Shown here piece by piece: positions 50,656 through 59,537 of a stretch of DNA of 64,000 nucleotides (within the stretch, counting starts at the first letter, position 1; each line of letters starts with the position of its first letter). This DNA is from a virus. The notes below the pieces were generated by a model. It made no database searches, was not told the origin of the DNA, and saw only the letters and a list, made by a program, of their open reading frames with translations. Position numbers and translations under genes: made by a program. The stretch spans positions 1-64,000 of IMG/VR virus record IMGVR_UViG_3300030116_004255; one strand, given 5' to 3'.

Positions 50656-50737
50656 TCTATTCTACTCTATTCTATTCTTATCTACTCTATTCTACTCTAT
50701 TCTAGGGCGTGACTGTCACAAATGTCACATGTGACAT
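50656..50737. repeat. TCTAT/TCTAC pentamer array plus GTGAC/GTCAC palindromes
   Basis: tctattctactctattctattcttatctactctattctactctattcta, followed by GTGACTGTCAC and TGTCACATGTGACA. Confidence 0.85.
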
Positions 50738-50856
50738 AAAAACTTTGATTTCCTTATTTTTATTGACTTTTTTAAAAGTCGCAGTCGGAAACAGTTAACA
50801 AAAATTTAATACTGAAATATTTGGTTTTCCGAACAAATGTTCTACTATGGTCAGCT

Positions 50857-51003
50857 ATGGATTATTTAATAGGATTTATATTTGGATATTTTGTTAAAGA
50901 AACTTTTGCATTTCTGAAAAGATTAAGCGAATGGGACTGGCAAAATCGTTTGGTTTATGACCAAGATATATTTATGCCTCTTACTGAGGATGATTTACCC
51001 TAA
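50857..51003 (+). CDS. Small membrane protein
   Basis: MDYLIGFIFGYFV hydrophobic N-terminus. Confidence 0.5.
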   Translation: MDYLIGFIFGYFVKETFAFLKRLSEWDWQNRLVYDQDIFMPLTEDDLP

Positions 51004-52446
51004 AACCTCTTGATCAAACACAAGTGTGTCTTGTATCAAAGATCTAATAACTAATCGACCTGTTAATTCTGCAAAATGTGGTACAACTGCATTTCCGAGA
51101 GCTTTAAGTCTATCAATATCGTTTTCTTGTCTTTCTGCAACTCTTAGTATGTTATTTTCCCATTGACTATCTACACCCCAAGAATTTGTCATTCCAAGTT
51201 CAGCCAACCATCTGGGTAGCCCATAAGTCTGTTCACCCAAGCTGGGTTCAGTCGCATACCAATCAATTCTGGATTCCGTTCCCCAACATCCATCTCCAGC
51301 GTAGAGCCGTGTGATCCACTCGCCACTGAGGGAGCTTTCTTGTTTACTGGCTTGCTGGCCTGACTGGCTCTGGGTGTCGAAAATGTCTCCTTTTCCACCC
51401 ACTCTATCACTTCTATTGTCGTCAGTTCTTTCTCGAACTTTATTTCGTTCAAGTGTGGTTTGATCTTGCTCCAGTCCTCCAGACTCGGATAACTGAATCC
51501 GCTCTGATCGTAGCGATACCAATGATCCACTGTCGTTTTCTTTATCTTGGTCAGCTTTGCTAACTTGGTCGCCCCTATCTGACTTCTTATGTAGTCCACC
51601 CAGTCCTTCTGTGGTGGTAGAAGTGGTCGATTGATCATCTCGTGATCCTGATAATAAACCATTAGGCTCGGATCTTTCTCTATCATATCCATCCAAACTT
51701 GATCGCTCAATGTTCTCTGTATCCTGTGGCCTGACGATCTCCTGGTTTTCCCCTGCATTAGTTTCGTCGCGTGTTTCAAGCTGTCGTCTTTCTGATCCAT
51801 TGTCGTTGGTGTTAACCAAATCTTTGGGTTCTCTCGTAAGTTCCCAGTACCTTTTCTTTTGCTCTTCCTCTCTGGATCTCCACGATACAACGCTCTCTCC
51901 AAAGCGTCCCCTGATCTCGGTTCTAAGTGATCCAAAGTGTTCGGTGTCTCCCACGATTCCAACTCCCACCCATCTTTGTCTTTTGTGTCTTGCTCCAACG
52001 AATTTTGCTGATACAAGTTGCCATTCAAATCGATAGTACCGCATTTTGGCCACACCTTTGAGGACACGGTTAATGGCTTCTCCGTCACTTGCTCTGAGGA
52101 TGTTTGGTACATTTTCCAAGAGGAAGATTGGTGGTCGTAGCTCATCAATAAATCTTTCGACTTCATCCCATAACCATCTTTCATCTTTTACTCCTTTCTG
52201 GTTTCCTGCAACACTTACAGGCTGACATGGAAATCCAGCACTTAATATATCTATTTTAGGTAGATATTTTGTATTTATCTCTTCTACGCTTTTATTTAAA
52301 ACTAAACTATTAGGAAAATTTTGTTGTAAAACCTTTGTACAAAATTCGTCATTGTCTATCTGCCAAGCTACATCTGAAACCAGGCCTGATCTAATAAGGC
52401 CTAACTCTATACCGCCGATACCAGCAAACATACTTCCTAACTTCAT
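50995..52446 (-). CDS. C5-cytosine DNA methyltransferase, alpha polypeptide
   Basis: FAGIGG (I), GFPCQ (IV), ENV (VI), HKRQR (VIII) and LKALGNAVVP (X); motif IX missing. Confidence 0.9.
   Translation of the reverse strand: MKLGSMFAGIGGIELGLIRSGLVSDVAWQIDNDEFCTKVLQQNFPNSLVLNKSVEEINTKYLPKIDILSAGFPCQPVSVAGNQKGVKDERWLWDEVERFIDELRPPIFLLENVPNILRASDGEAINRVLKGVAKMRYYRFEWQLVSAKFVGARHKRQRWVGVGIVGDTEHFGSLRTEIRGRFGESVVSWRSREEEQKKRYWELTREPKDLVNTNDNGSERRQLETRDETNAGENQEIVRPQDTENIERSSLDGYDRERSEPNGLLSGSRDDQSTTSTTTEGLGGLHKKSDRGDQVSKADQDKENDSGSLVSLRSERIQLSESGGLEQDQTTLERNKVRERTDDNRSDRVGGKGDIFDTQSQSGQQASKQESSLSGEWITRLYAGDGCWGTESRIDWYATEPSLGEQTYGLPRWLAELGMTNSWGVDSQWENNILRVAERQENDIDRLKALGNAVVPHFAELTGRLVIRSLIQDTLVFDQEVLG
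51189..52184 (-). CDS. C5 MTase beta polypeptide overprinted in an alternative frame
   Basis: SSSWK...WPKCG, WETP/WLTP/FSTP repeats and terminal RLNPAWVNRLMGYPDGW (motif IX). Confidence 0.8.
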   Translation of the reverse strand: MKDGYGMKSKDLLMSYDHQSSSWKMYQTSSEQVTEKPLTVSSKVWPKCGTIDLNGNLYQQNSLEQDTKDKDGWELESWETPNTLDHLEPRSGDALERALYRGDPERKSKRKGTGNLRENPKIWLTPTTMDQKDDSLKHATKLMQGKTRRSSGHRIQRTLSDQVWMDMIEKDPSLMVYYQDHEMINRPLLPPQKDWVDYIRSQIGATKLAKLTKIKKTTVDHWYRYDQSGFSYPSLEDWSKIKPHLNEIKFEKELTTIEVIEWVEKETFSTPRASQASKPVNKKAPSVASGSHGSTLEMDVGERNPELIGMRLNPAWVNRLMGYPDGWLNLE

Positions 52447-53189
52447 TTAATTCTTTCTTTTGCTATCCTGCAATATTTTTCCATTATTTCTATTCCTATA
52501 AAATTTCTATTAGTGTTTAGACAAGCAACACCAGTAGATCCTGATCCCATTGTAAAATCTAGCACTGTTTGATCTTCAAGCGTATAAGTTTCTATTAAAT
52601 ATTCTAATAAAGCAACTGGTTTTTGTGTTGGGTGATATGACTTCTGATTTTTCTTTTGGTTATCTCTTGGAAAGTAAAGCATGTTGTGTTTTGTTCTGTG
52701 TGTGTAGGTCACATACTTTCTACGGCCATTTTCTAAATTCTTTTTAGCAGTGGAAAAACTCTCGCCACCAGAAATTGTGCGGACTCTAGTTATAGGCTTT
52801 GCTAGTTTTTCCCCCTGCCAATCGTAATCAGGTTGTTCTTTATAAAATATAGATATGTTTTCGTTTTTTCTCATAGGTTGTTTTTTACTAAAGGCCTGAC
52901 CAGTTCCTTTATCTTTTTCCCAGATCCAGTCATATCTATATTCCTCTATGTTAGATAATCTTAAAAAACTACTAAAAGGTTCTAGGCCGAATAAAGCTAT
53001 TGCTGTTCTGTCTTTTCTAATTCTTTTTATCTGACTCCACATTTCCTCTACTGGTACTTGTTTGTCCCAGTCGTATTGAGTAGTTCCGTAAGGAAGATCA
53101 GTTAGTATAAAATCAATAGAGTTGTCGTCAATTAATTTCATAATCTCTAAACAGTTTCCGTTATACAGCTTCAATTCTTTCCTTTGCAA
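52443..53189 (-). CDS. Beta-class N6-adenine/N4-cytosine DNA methyltransferase
   Basis: TDLPYG...HPTQKP...VLDFTMGSGSTG. Confidence 0.92.
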   Translation of the reverse strand: MQRKELKLYNGNCLEIMKLIDDNSIDFILTDLPYGTTQYDWDKQVPVEEMWSQIKRIRKDRTAIALFGLEPFSSFLRLSNIEEYRYDWIWEKDKGTGQAFSKKQPMRKNENISIFYKEQPDYDWQGEKLAKPITRVRTISGGESFSTAKKNLENGRRKYVTYTHRTKHNMLYFPRDNQKKNQKSYHPTQKPVALLEYLIETYTLEDQTVLDFTMGSGSTGVACLNTNRNFIGIEIMEKYCRIAKERIK

Positions 53190-53823
53190 TGTTGTAATAA
53201 TCCTCTACCAGCTCTATTCCTATAAATGCTCTATTTAGTTTTTTACAAACAACTCCAGTAGTCCCTACACCTAAGAAAGGATCAAGTATTAACTGATTTT
53301 CACTTGTAAAGTTTTCTATAAAGTAATGTGCAAGTTGTTCAGGCATAACAGCATTAAAGTCGCCATAGCTTTTTGTTCCTTTTGGTATATCAACAAAGTT
53401 TGTTATGAAATGTGTGTTTGCTTTTACTTTTTTCTTAGAGAAACATAAAATATATTCGACTGAGTTAGTCACATAGTATTGTGCTGAACTAGGTGTAGCA
53501 TTTTTCTTATACCAAATAAAATTTTGTTCTAATAGATCTGCATAATGGCCTATTAATTTAAATACTTGTTTTTTGTTTCTAGCATTTGCTTGTATGTTCC
53601 AGAAAACATAGTGGTCTGTAATTCTTAATAGCTCGTCTATGATTTGTGTACACCAATCAAAATAGTCAGGCCTTTTGTCTTTAAATTGATCGTATTTAGA
53701 TTTTGCTTTAGAGTCTAATTCTTTGTTAAGGCCTATATTGTAAGGTGGACTTGTAAATGTATGATCTACTGTGTTTTCACCGAGTTCTTTTATAATTTCT
53801 AAACAGTCACCGTTATATATCAT
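53161..53823 (-). CDS. Beta-class N4/N6 DNA methyltransferase
   Basis: TSPPYN...ILDPFLGVGTTG. Confidence 0.9.
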   Translation of the reverse strand: MIYNGDCLEIIKELGENTVDHTFTSPPYNIGLNKELDSKAKSKYDQFKDKRPDYFDWCTQIIDELLRITDHYVFWNIQANARNKKQVFKLIGHYADLLEQNFIWYKKNATPSSAQYYVTNSVEYILCFSKKKVKANTHFITNFVDIPKGTKSYGDFNAVMPEQLAHYFIENFTSENQLILDPFLGVGTTGVVCKKLNRAFIGIELVEDYYNIAKERIEAV

Positions 53824-54880
53824 CAACCTGTTCCCAAGTTCTGGTGCGATCACCAAAATGAGAAAATTGACTATCTTTGTAATATTGCACCTGTTTTAAA
53901 TTCAATCTTTCTATTATTGCTTCAGGCCTAAAGTCAAAGCATTGAATAAATTTCTCTATACTTGCACGCCTCTTTTTTTCTGTTCCATTAAAAGCTACAC
54001 TTAGTTCTATTGGGTGTTCCATACCTATTCCATAGGACAACCTAACTAAGGCATCTTCGCACATACCATGTTCTACTAAATTGACAGCTAAGTGTCTAGC
54101 AGCATAAGCGCCAGATCTGTCAACTTTACTTGGATCTTTACCAGAGAAAGCACCACCGCCAACAGGTATTGTAGGTCCGTAGCTATCTACTACTATTTTC
54201 CTACCAGTCACTCCTGTGTCTGCTGCTGGTCCACCTTTTGTAAAAGATCCAGATGGATTTACATGAAGTGTAAAATCTGGACCTATTATATTTTCAACTA
54301 AGCTAACTAACTTACCTTCGTATTCATTTTTTTCTAATTCTGTTTGTACTGAGATAACTACTGTATATCCGCCATTTTCAGTCACTTGTACTTTTGAGTC
54401 CAAGCCATAAAAATAATCATACTTTTGTAGCTCCCATAGATCCATTTGTATTTCTCTAGCTAAATCAAATTCGTGAGGTAAAAGCGTTGATGTTTTATTT
54501 GTTGCAAATCCAATCATAATACCCTGATCTCCTGCACCCTTTTTAGCTACAACTGCATCTCTAATTTCTATACTTTGTGGTGATATATTTTCACTAAGAG
54601 TATATTTATTTAGATCAAATTCTTTATGACTGTTTCTTATGTTTTTTTCTAAAACATCTTTGACTAGATAAGGTATTGTTTGTTTTATTTCGTGATAGGT
54701 AGTTTCTGTCATTTCGCCACCCAACACAACTAATCCTCCACTTTCATTACCAGTAATTAATGTTTCTATTGCTACTTTACAATCTGGATTTTCTACTAAA
54801 GCTCTGTCTAATATTCTGTCAGAAATTTGATCTGCTATTTTATCTGGGTGTCCAGGGGACACAAATTCTGCTGTTTTCAT
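53813..54880 (-). CDS. metK: S-adenosylmethionine synthetase
   Basis: GHPDKIADQISD, GAGDQG, DTGVTGRKI and GGGAFSGKDPSKVDRS. Confidence 0.95.
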   Translation of the reverse strand: MKTAEFVSPGHPDKIADQISDRILDRALVENPDCKVAIETLITGNESGGLVVLGGEMTETTYHEIKQTIPYLVKDVLEKNIRNSHKEFDLNKYTLSENISPQSIEIRDAVVAKKGAGDQGIMIGFATNKTSTLLPHEFDLAREIQMDLWELQKYDYFYGLDSKVQVTENGGYTVVISVQTELEKNEYEGKLVSLVENIIGPDFTLHVNPSGSFTKGGPAADTGVTGRKIVVDSYGPTIPVGGGAFSGKDPSKVDRSGAYAARHLAVNLVEHGMCEDALVRLSYGIGMEHPIELSVAFNGTEKKRRASIEKFIQCFDFRPEAIIERLNLKQVQYYKDSQFSHFGDRTRTWEQVDDI

Positions 54881-55413
54881 TTACTCAACCTTTCCATAAT
54901 GATTTGTTTTGGTAAAAAGTTCCAACAGTAGTAGGAACTAGAAAAAGTAGGGCTACCCATACTCTTACCATCTTTAAAATATTGTATACGCTTATCAAAC
55001 ATAAGTAGTTCTAAATCACGATTTTCAAATAAATACTTAGGTGCGGAGTCATTTAGCCAAGTATTAGACATAAGCAGTGCAAAAGGTTTATTAAAAAATA
55101 AAGCTCTTTCAAATATTTGTCTTTTGTTGGTAAATGGTGGATTACTAACAATAATGTCCCAATGTTCGTCAGGTTCATAGGTATAAAAGTCTTGTCCGTC
55201 AAAAATGTGTGAATTTATAACTTTATTGCGTTCCTGGATCTTTTTTACAAAAAAACTGTGTTCTTGATCAAAAGGACACCAAACTACTGCATTTTCAGGA
55301 ATATATTTTAAAATTGGCTGAACTGCGTATTCTGGGGTATAACACTCGTCATTTTTACCTTTTGAGTATAAAACTTTATTACTTTCTAACCCCCAGCGAT
55401 CAGTTGACTTCAT
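54877..55413 (-). CDS. Small phage N6-adenine DNA methyltransferase
   Basis: DECYTP, VWCPFD and IIVSNPPF. Confidence 0.75.
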   Translation of the reverse strand: MKSTDRWGLESNKVLYSKGKNDECYTPEYAVQPILKYIPENAVVWCPFDQEHSFFVKKIQERNKVINSHIFDGQDFYTYEPDEHWDIIVSNPPFTNKRQIFERALFFNKPFALLMSNTWLNDSAPKYLFENRDLELLMFDKRIQYFKDGKSMGSPTFSSSYYCWNFLPKQIIMERLSK

Positions 55414-55939
55414 TTCCCCAGCTATCCCATCCTTCGGCTGTTTCTCTTGCGAATAATTCTATTCTAGGAAGATCTCCACAAAGTTCAATGATATCGTTCC
55501 TAATTCTGTCAGGTTTCTTGCTGTGTCTTGATCGTGGTTCAATTACTAATTCTTTTACAGCTTTAGAAACTCTGCTTGGTTTTCCTTTTGTAGCTAATAA
55601 ACATAATTCTGGATTACCTCTTGTCCAATAACCTAAACCAGTAAAAAATCCCTCTGACTTAATATTTTTCTTTATCCAGTTAAAAGCTACTGTTTTATAA
55701 GTAAATCCCCAACTATCGATTACTTCAAAGGCCTGTGGTAATGAGTGATTAACTACCCAAAGAAATAAAACACAATTAGTATCTGCAATATCGTTTACTG
55801 GTAATGACTTTATCCAGTTAAGATCTTGTGTTTCGTAATGTTGATTAGGATTTCGTCCCTCGCCTTTTTTACTAAAGTTTTTAAAACTCCACGGTGGATC
55901 TGCATAAATTATGTTGTATTTATTATTTGGGAACTCCAT
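55400..55939 (-). CDS. MT-A70-family adenine methyltransferase
   Basis: IIYADPPW, LFLWV, WGFTYKT, HSKKP and ELFARE..GWDSWGNE. Confidence 0.92.
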   Translation of the reverse strand: MEFPNNKYNIIYADPPWSFKNFSKKGEGRNPNQHYETQDLNWIKSLPVNDIADTNCVLFLWVVNHSLPQAFEVIDSWGFTYKTVAFNWIKKNIKSEGFFTGLGYWTRGNPELCLLATKGKPSRVSKAVKELVIEPRSRHSKKPDRIRNDIIELCGDLPRIELFARETAEGWDSWGNEVN

Positions 55940-56055
55940 AAATAAATTATAGAAATATTACAACTTAAAATCAAGTTATGCTAAATTATATATATAACGA
56001 GAAAGTCAATCTGTACTTCTGTACAAGACTGATCCTTTTTTGTTCGATACTGATC

Positions 56056-56081
56056 AGAGGCCTCACGCAAGTGAGGTCTTT
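56056..56081. terminator. Stem-loop downstream of the small terminase
   Basis: AGAGGCCTCAC-gcaa-GTGAGGTCTT. Confidence 0.5.
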
Positions 56082-56087
56082 GTGATT

Positions 56088-56753
56088 CTAGCTCGAATAA
56101 CGGATTTCAAAGACGATTGGCTTATCACTGTCGTCTTTTTCTTTATGTTCTCGTCTTGACCAATCTTTAGGGTTAGATCTCTCTAAAAACCATGCACTAG
56201 CCTGCCAAACACCATTACTAGCTGCGTCTGTAATCACTGCTAAATGCGAAATTTCGCCATCAACTTTTGCTTTTTTTATAGACTCCCAAAACTCCCATAA
56301 ATTTAAATCATCAGCGTTTTTTATGAGATCTGGATCACCACCGCAGGCCTCATCTATCTTTTGCGCCTCTTGTTGCCACCTATAAAAGGTAGTTTCAGAG
56401 ATCCCTGCAAATGTAGCTGCTTTAGAATTAGCAAGTCCTAATTTCAGTGCTTTATCCAATTTTCCAATAGTATCAGTATTTAATTTACTAGGCCTACCAG
56501 TTGGTTTTCCTAATACTTCAACTTTTTCCTCTATTTCATCAATTTCGGCTGAATTTTCAACGATTTCGACTTCTTGAACCTTATCGTCGACTGTAAATTC
56601 TGTATCCGCCAGCTTTATATCGTCTATACCTAGATCATCTAGCGCTATTGGATCTGGATCCGCTACTGTGTTCTCTTGATCTATATTATCTTGGGAAACT
56701 GGATCATTATCTTGATCATCTTGCATTTGTTTCCAAATATTCGTCATATCCAT
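56088..56753 (-). CDS. Terminase small subunit (HTH type)
   Basis: TGRPSKL...AATFAGISETTFYRW...WQASAWFLERS; first gene of the late arm. Confidence 0.7.
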   Translation of the reverse strand: MDMTNIWKQMQDDQDNDPVSQDNIDQENTVADPDPIALDDLGIDDIKLADTEFTVDDKVQEVEIVENSAEIDEIEEKVEVLGKPTGRPSKLNTDTIGKLDKALKLGLANSKAATFAGISETTFYRWQQEAQKIDEACGGDPDLIKNADDLNLWEFWESIKKAKVDGEISHLAVITDAASNGVWQASAWFLERSNPKDWSRREHKEKDDSDKPIVFEIRYSS

Positions 56754-57441
56754 AATTATTACTATACATTAGATCTTTGATTCTTTGTGCATATCTGCTG
56801 TTATACATAATTCCATTATTATTAGCGCGCATAGCATAATAATTAGGGCAAAAAAATTTTTTTTTAAAAAATATGGGGTATTGGGATAGGAAATGGCTGG
56901 TAATGGGAGGAAATTCATACCCCTGGGTAGGGGGGCTAGGCCTAGGGTAAAGGAGGCGAAACCCCTAAGCCTAACCGTGCATCTAAGTTTATTTTAGTGT
57001 GTCGATCTTGATCTTAGGGATATAAGAAAAGGGACTACCGTGTCCATACAATAGTCCCTATCTCTTCGCAACTGTGAATCGCTTATAGATCATAGTAATA
57101 CCAGATCTTCATATTGTATAGTATCGACTTGTATTTTTATTGCCGATCTGCTGACGCAATCAATTTCCATTATGATCGTGCTGGGGTATATTTTTGCTCG
57201 CATTAATTTTCAATAGCGATTTTTTTAACTACCCCTACCCCTAGCAGTCCATAAGATTCTAAAGCTGAGGACCAGGTCCCCTGTGGACCTCAAATCAAAT
57301 TAGCCGAAGTTGATCCAGAACAGCTACATTTTTGGTCTTTCGTAGATCTATTTTAGCTATTTAGATTTTTCTTAGAAAAGGGGTGCATACCTGTGATTTG
57401 CTGTTTAATATGGTTGTATCGGTTAAAGAAAGGTTAGAAAA

Positions 57442-57870
57442 ATGACTGATAAAAAAGTGGTTATAAAGGCGAAAGCTAAGACCAAAAGTAATAGAAAAGC
57501 AGAACGACCAGAAATTAGAATATTTAATTCTGGTAAGTTCAACAATGATACAAATGGGGACAAAGAGGTTTTTAGAAATCTAAAGTCCTCTAGTATCTGT
57601 TCTCTTAAAATGGAACGCACTAGCGAAACTACTTGTAAAGTGTTCGTTGGGTTCGTTGGTTATACTACCGTTGAGGGCGACAAGAAAGACGATACTTTGT
57701 ATGTCGTTCACGCTGTCCCTCTAGCTGAGTGGCGTAAACTTCGTTCAAGTATCCTTAAAGGTAATAGCGTTGGTCGTGCTTACGGTAAGTTCAATAGTCC
57801 TATTGAAAGTATTAACGACAACCACGAAATTGAAAAGACACCACGATACGAAACAGAAAGACTAAAGTAA
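57442..57870 (+). CDS. KTSC-like domain early protein
   Basis: SSSI...Y...VP...SVGRAY pattern; AGAAAGGTTAG RBS. Confidence 0.55.
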   Translation: MTDKKVVIKAKAKTKSNRKAERPEIRIFNSGKFNNDTNGDKEVFRNLKSSSICSLKMERTSETTCKVFVGFVGYTTVEGDKKDDTLYVVHAVPLAEWRKLRSSILKGNSVGRAYGKFNSPIESINDNHEIEKTPRYETERLK

Positions 57871-58010
57871 TGGAGTTTTATTGTTTCGTTTGTGATAAGG
57901 AAGTGGGCGACAATCAAGCACAATATTGCGACTGGGATAATATCCCAGTTGCATTTTGTCCTGACTGTAATGTTTCACTAAATAGAATAGTTATGAAAGT
58001 AGGTAAATAA
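57870..58010 (+). CDS. 46-aa zinc-finger protein
   Basis: Hand translation MEFYCFVCDK...AFCPDCN; TAATG coupling. Confidence 0.6.
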   Translation: MEFYCFVCDKEVGDNQAQYCDWDNIPVAFCPDCNVSLNRIVMKVGK

Positions 58011-58157
58011 ATGTTATCAATACAGGGACTAATATTAGTTTCAATGTTTTTCTTTGCAGTAGGCTTTTTCACTGCTGAGGGAATTTGGATACTAAAAGAT
58101 TATAAATTAGATAGAGAAGTCAAAAAGACTTATAAAGATATGGGGGTGCATAGTTGA
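58011..58157 (+). CDS. 48-aa single-pass membrane protein
   Basis: MLSIQGLILVSMFFFAVGFFTAEGIWIL. Confidence 0.55.
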   Translation: MLSIQGLILVSMFFFAVGFFTAEGIWILKDYKLDREVKKTYKDMGVHS

Positions 58158-58242
58158 GGTTCTTATTTAAAATATTAGAACACACACTCAACCCACCACC
58201 ACCGAAAAGAAAGTATAAAAAGAAAAAGCAATAGGACAGAAA

Positions 58243-58276
58243 GTCCCCTCTAGGAAACTAGGGGGGATTTTTTTTA
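58243..58276 (+). terminator. Intrinsic terminator
   Basis: GTCCCCTCTAG-gaaa-CTAGGGGGGAT plus T-tract. Confidence 0.8.
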
Positions 58277-58312
58277 TGCTTTGATATGCGTGTCGCTGAT
58301 CAGATTTCGCTA

Positions 58313-58340
58313 GATTAAGGGAAATTTTCAATCTCGTTTT
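58313..58340 (+). repeat. Intergenic repeat copy 1
   Basis: gATTAA gggaa ATTTTCAATCTCGTTTT. Confidence 0.9.
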
Positions 58341-58395
58341 AGAAATCTCGGAGCATGATCTGATTCAGCTAAATTTATAAATCCACCTTTAATAC

Positions 58396-58424
58396 TTGAC
58401 GATCTTGCGTCGCTAGATCACAAT
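58396..58424 (+). promoter_or_regulatory. Sigma70-type early promoter
   Basis: TTGACG-17-CACAAT, then AGAAAGGTTAG RBS. Confidence 0.65.
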
Positions 58425-58445
58425 AAGAGTAGAAAGGTTAGGTAT

Positions 58446-58628
58446 ATGATTAGAAAAAAGTGGTTATCTTTTGTTAGTCGTTTAAGTGATATTATTATCG
58501 CTTATCTACTTGAAAGAGAAATACCAATTTATTTTGACAGTTCTTTTATTTGCACAGAGGAAATATTAGATAGCTGTTATGTTGAACAAAAACACGACTG
58601 CAAGTATTGGGGGTATGACAATGACTAA
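58446..58628 (+). CDS. Hypothetical early protein
   Basis: Strong RBS. Confidence 0.6.
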   Translation: MIRKKWLSFVSRLSDIIIAYLLEREIPIYFDSSFICTEEILDSCYVEQKHDCKYWGYDND

Positions 58629-59193
58629 AAGCAGAGGCGACAGAGTAGAAATCTGCAAGAAGTGTAGGTCTATCAGTTCTCTTTACAAAGGGTTCTGGTT
58701 AGGTCTTAACTTTGGAACTCCTGGCGGTCCAGTAGAGGAAGTTGACCTATATTGTTCGCAATGTAGTTCTTTAGAACCTGAAACAGTGGAAGTCTACGCA
58801 AGACAATGCACTTTTTGTTCTAAAGGTTTTAGTCAGGGTTATCTAAGTGGGGACGAATACTTTTGTAATCAAGAGTGTGAAGTCAACCAATGTATTAAAA
58901 GACAAAGTTGCAAGTGCTTTGAAGTTCTTGTAAAAGAAATTGATACAACTAAGTTAGCGACTTCTGATCCTCAATGGTTAAAAATGACTATTAAGGGTGC
59001 GTTAGCTAAAGACTTGGGACAGATTGAACTAACTTCTAAACAATGGTATGAATTTATTGAAACAGAAATCGGTTCAGACTATTTTGAAAAGTTAGACAAT
59101 GAGTGGTGGTATTGGTCAGAGTGGGACTTGTCAGATTGTATTGGCGATATGGTTTATACAAGTAAAGGTAAGGAATACTTTTTAGAGGACTAA
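58621..59193 (+). CDS. Cys-rich multi-zinc-finger early protein
   Basis: Several CxxC pairs. Confidence 0.65.
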   Translation: MTKSRGDRVEICKKCRSISSLYKGFWLGLNFGTPGGPVEEVDLYCSQCSSLEPETVEVYARQCTFCSKGFSQGYLSGDEYFCNQECEVNQCIKRQSCKCFEVLVKEIDTTKLATSDPQWLKMTIKGALAKDLGQIELTSKQWYEFIETEIGSDYFEKLDNEWWYWSEWDLSDCIGDMVYTSKGKEYFLED

Positions 59194-59210
59194 ACCAGCT
59201 TTAGCAGTAG

Positions 59211-59242
59211 AAAAAGAGGGACCTGGTGTCCCTCTTTTTTTT
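59211..59242. terminator. Bidirectional intrinsic terminator
   Basis: AAAAAGAGGGAC-ctggt-GTCCCTCTTTTTTT. Confidence 0.85.
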
Positions 59243-59359
59243 AGCGTAAGGAGATCTCCTGGTCCTCTGATCAGAAATCGCTAGTTAGCGTTTTCCGGTC
59301 TTGGCTTTTATAGATCTACATAAGAGTTGGATATTCTCTTTCTTTTTTTTTTCTCATTT

Positions 59360-59387
59360 CATTAATTCACATTTTCAATCTCGTTTT
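59360..59387 (+). repeat. Intergenic repeat copy 2
   Basis: CATTAA ttcac ATTTTCAATCTCGTTTT. Confidence 0.9.
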
Positions 59388-59537
59388 CTGTGGGGTTGGG
59401 TTAAGGTCTGATTTTTTTAAACGCTTAAATCGGTTTTAAATGGTCTGTTTATTTTAGAAAATCTTAATTTTTAGTGATTTTACGAAAAAACGAGTATATA
59501 ATTGAATCTAGTATCGGTTAAAAAAAGGAAAACGATT

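Noticed and set aside
50656-50737. TAG stop-codon reassignment suggested by in-frame TAGs in the initiator-like linker
   Set aside because: Several clear genes end in TAG (e.g. 1133, 17409, 25421, 56088) and long genes are uninterrupted in the standard code.
51189-52184. Sequencing frameshift or intein/intron in the C5 MTase
   Set aside because: Both frames stay open for ~1 kb and carry complementary motifs (IX versus X), matching the known two-polypeptide design; no splicing motifs.
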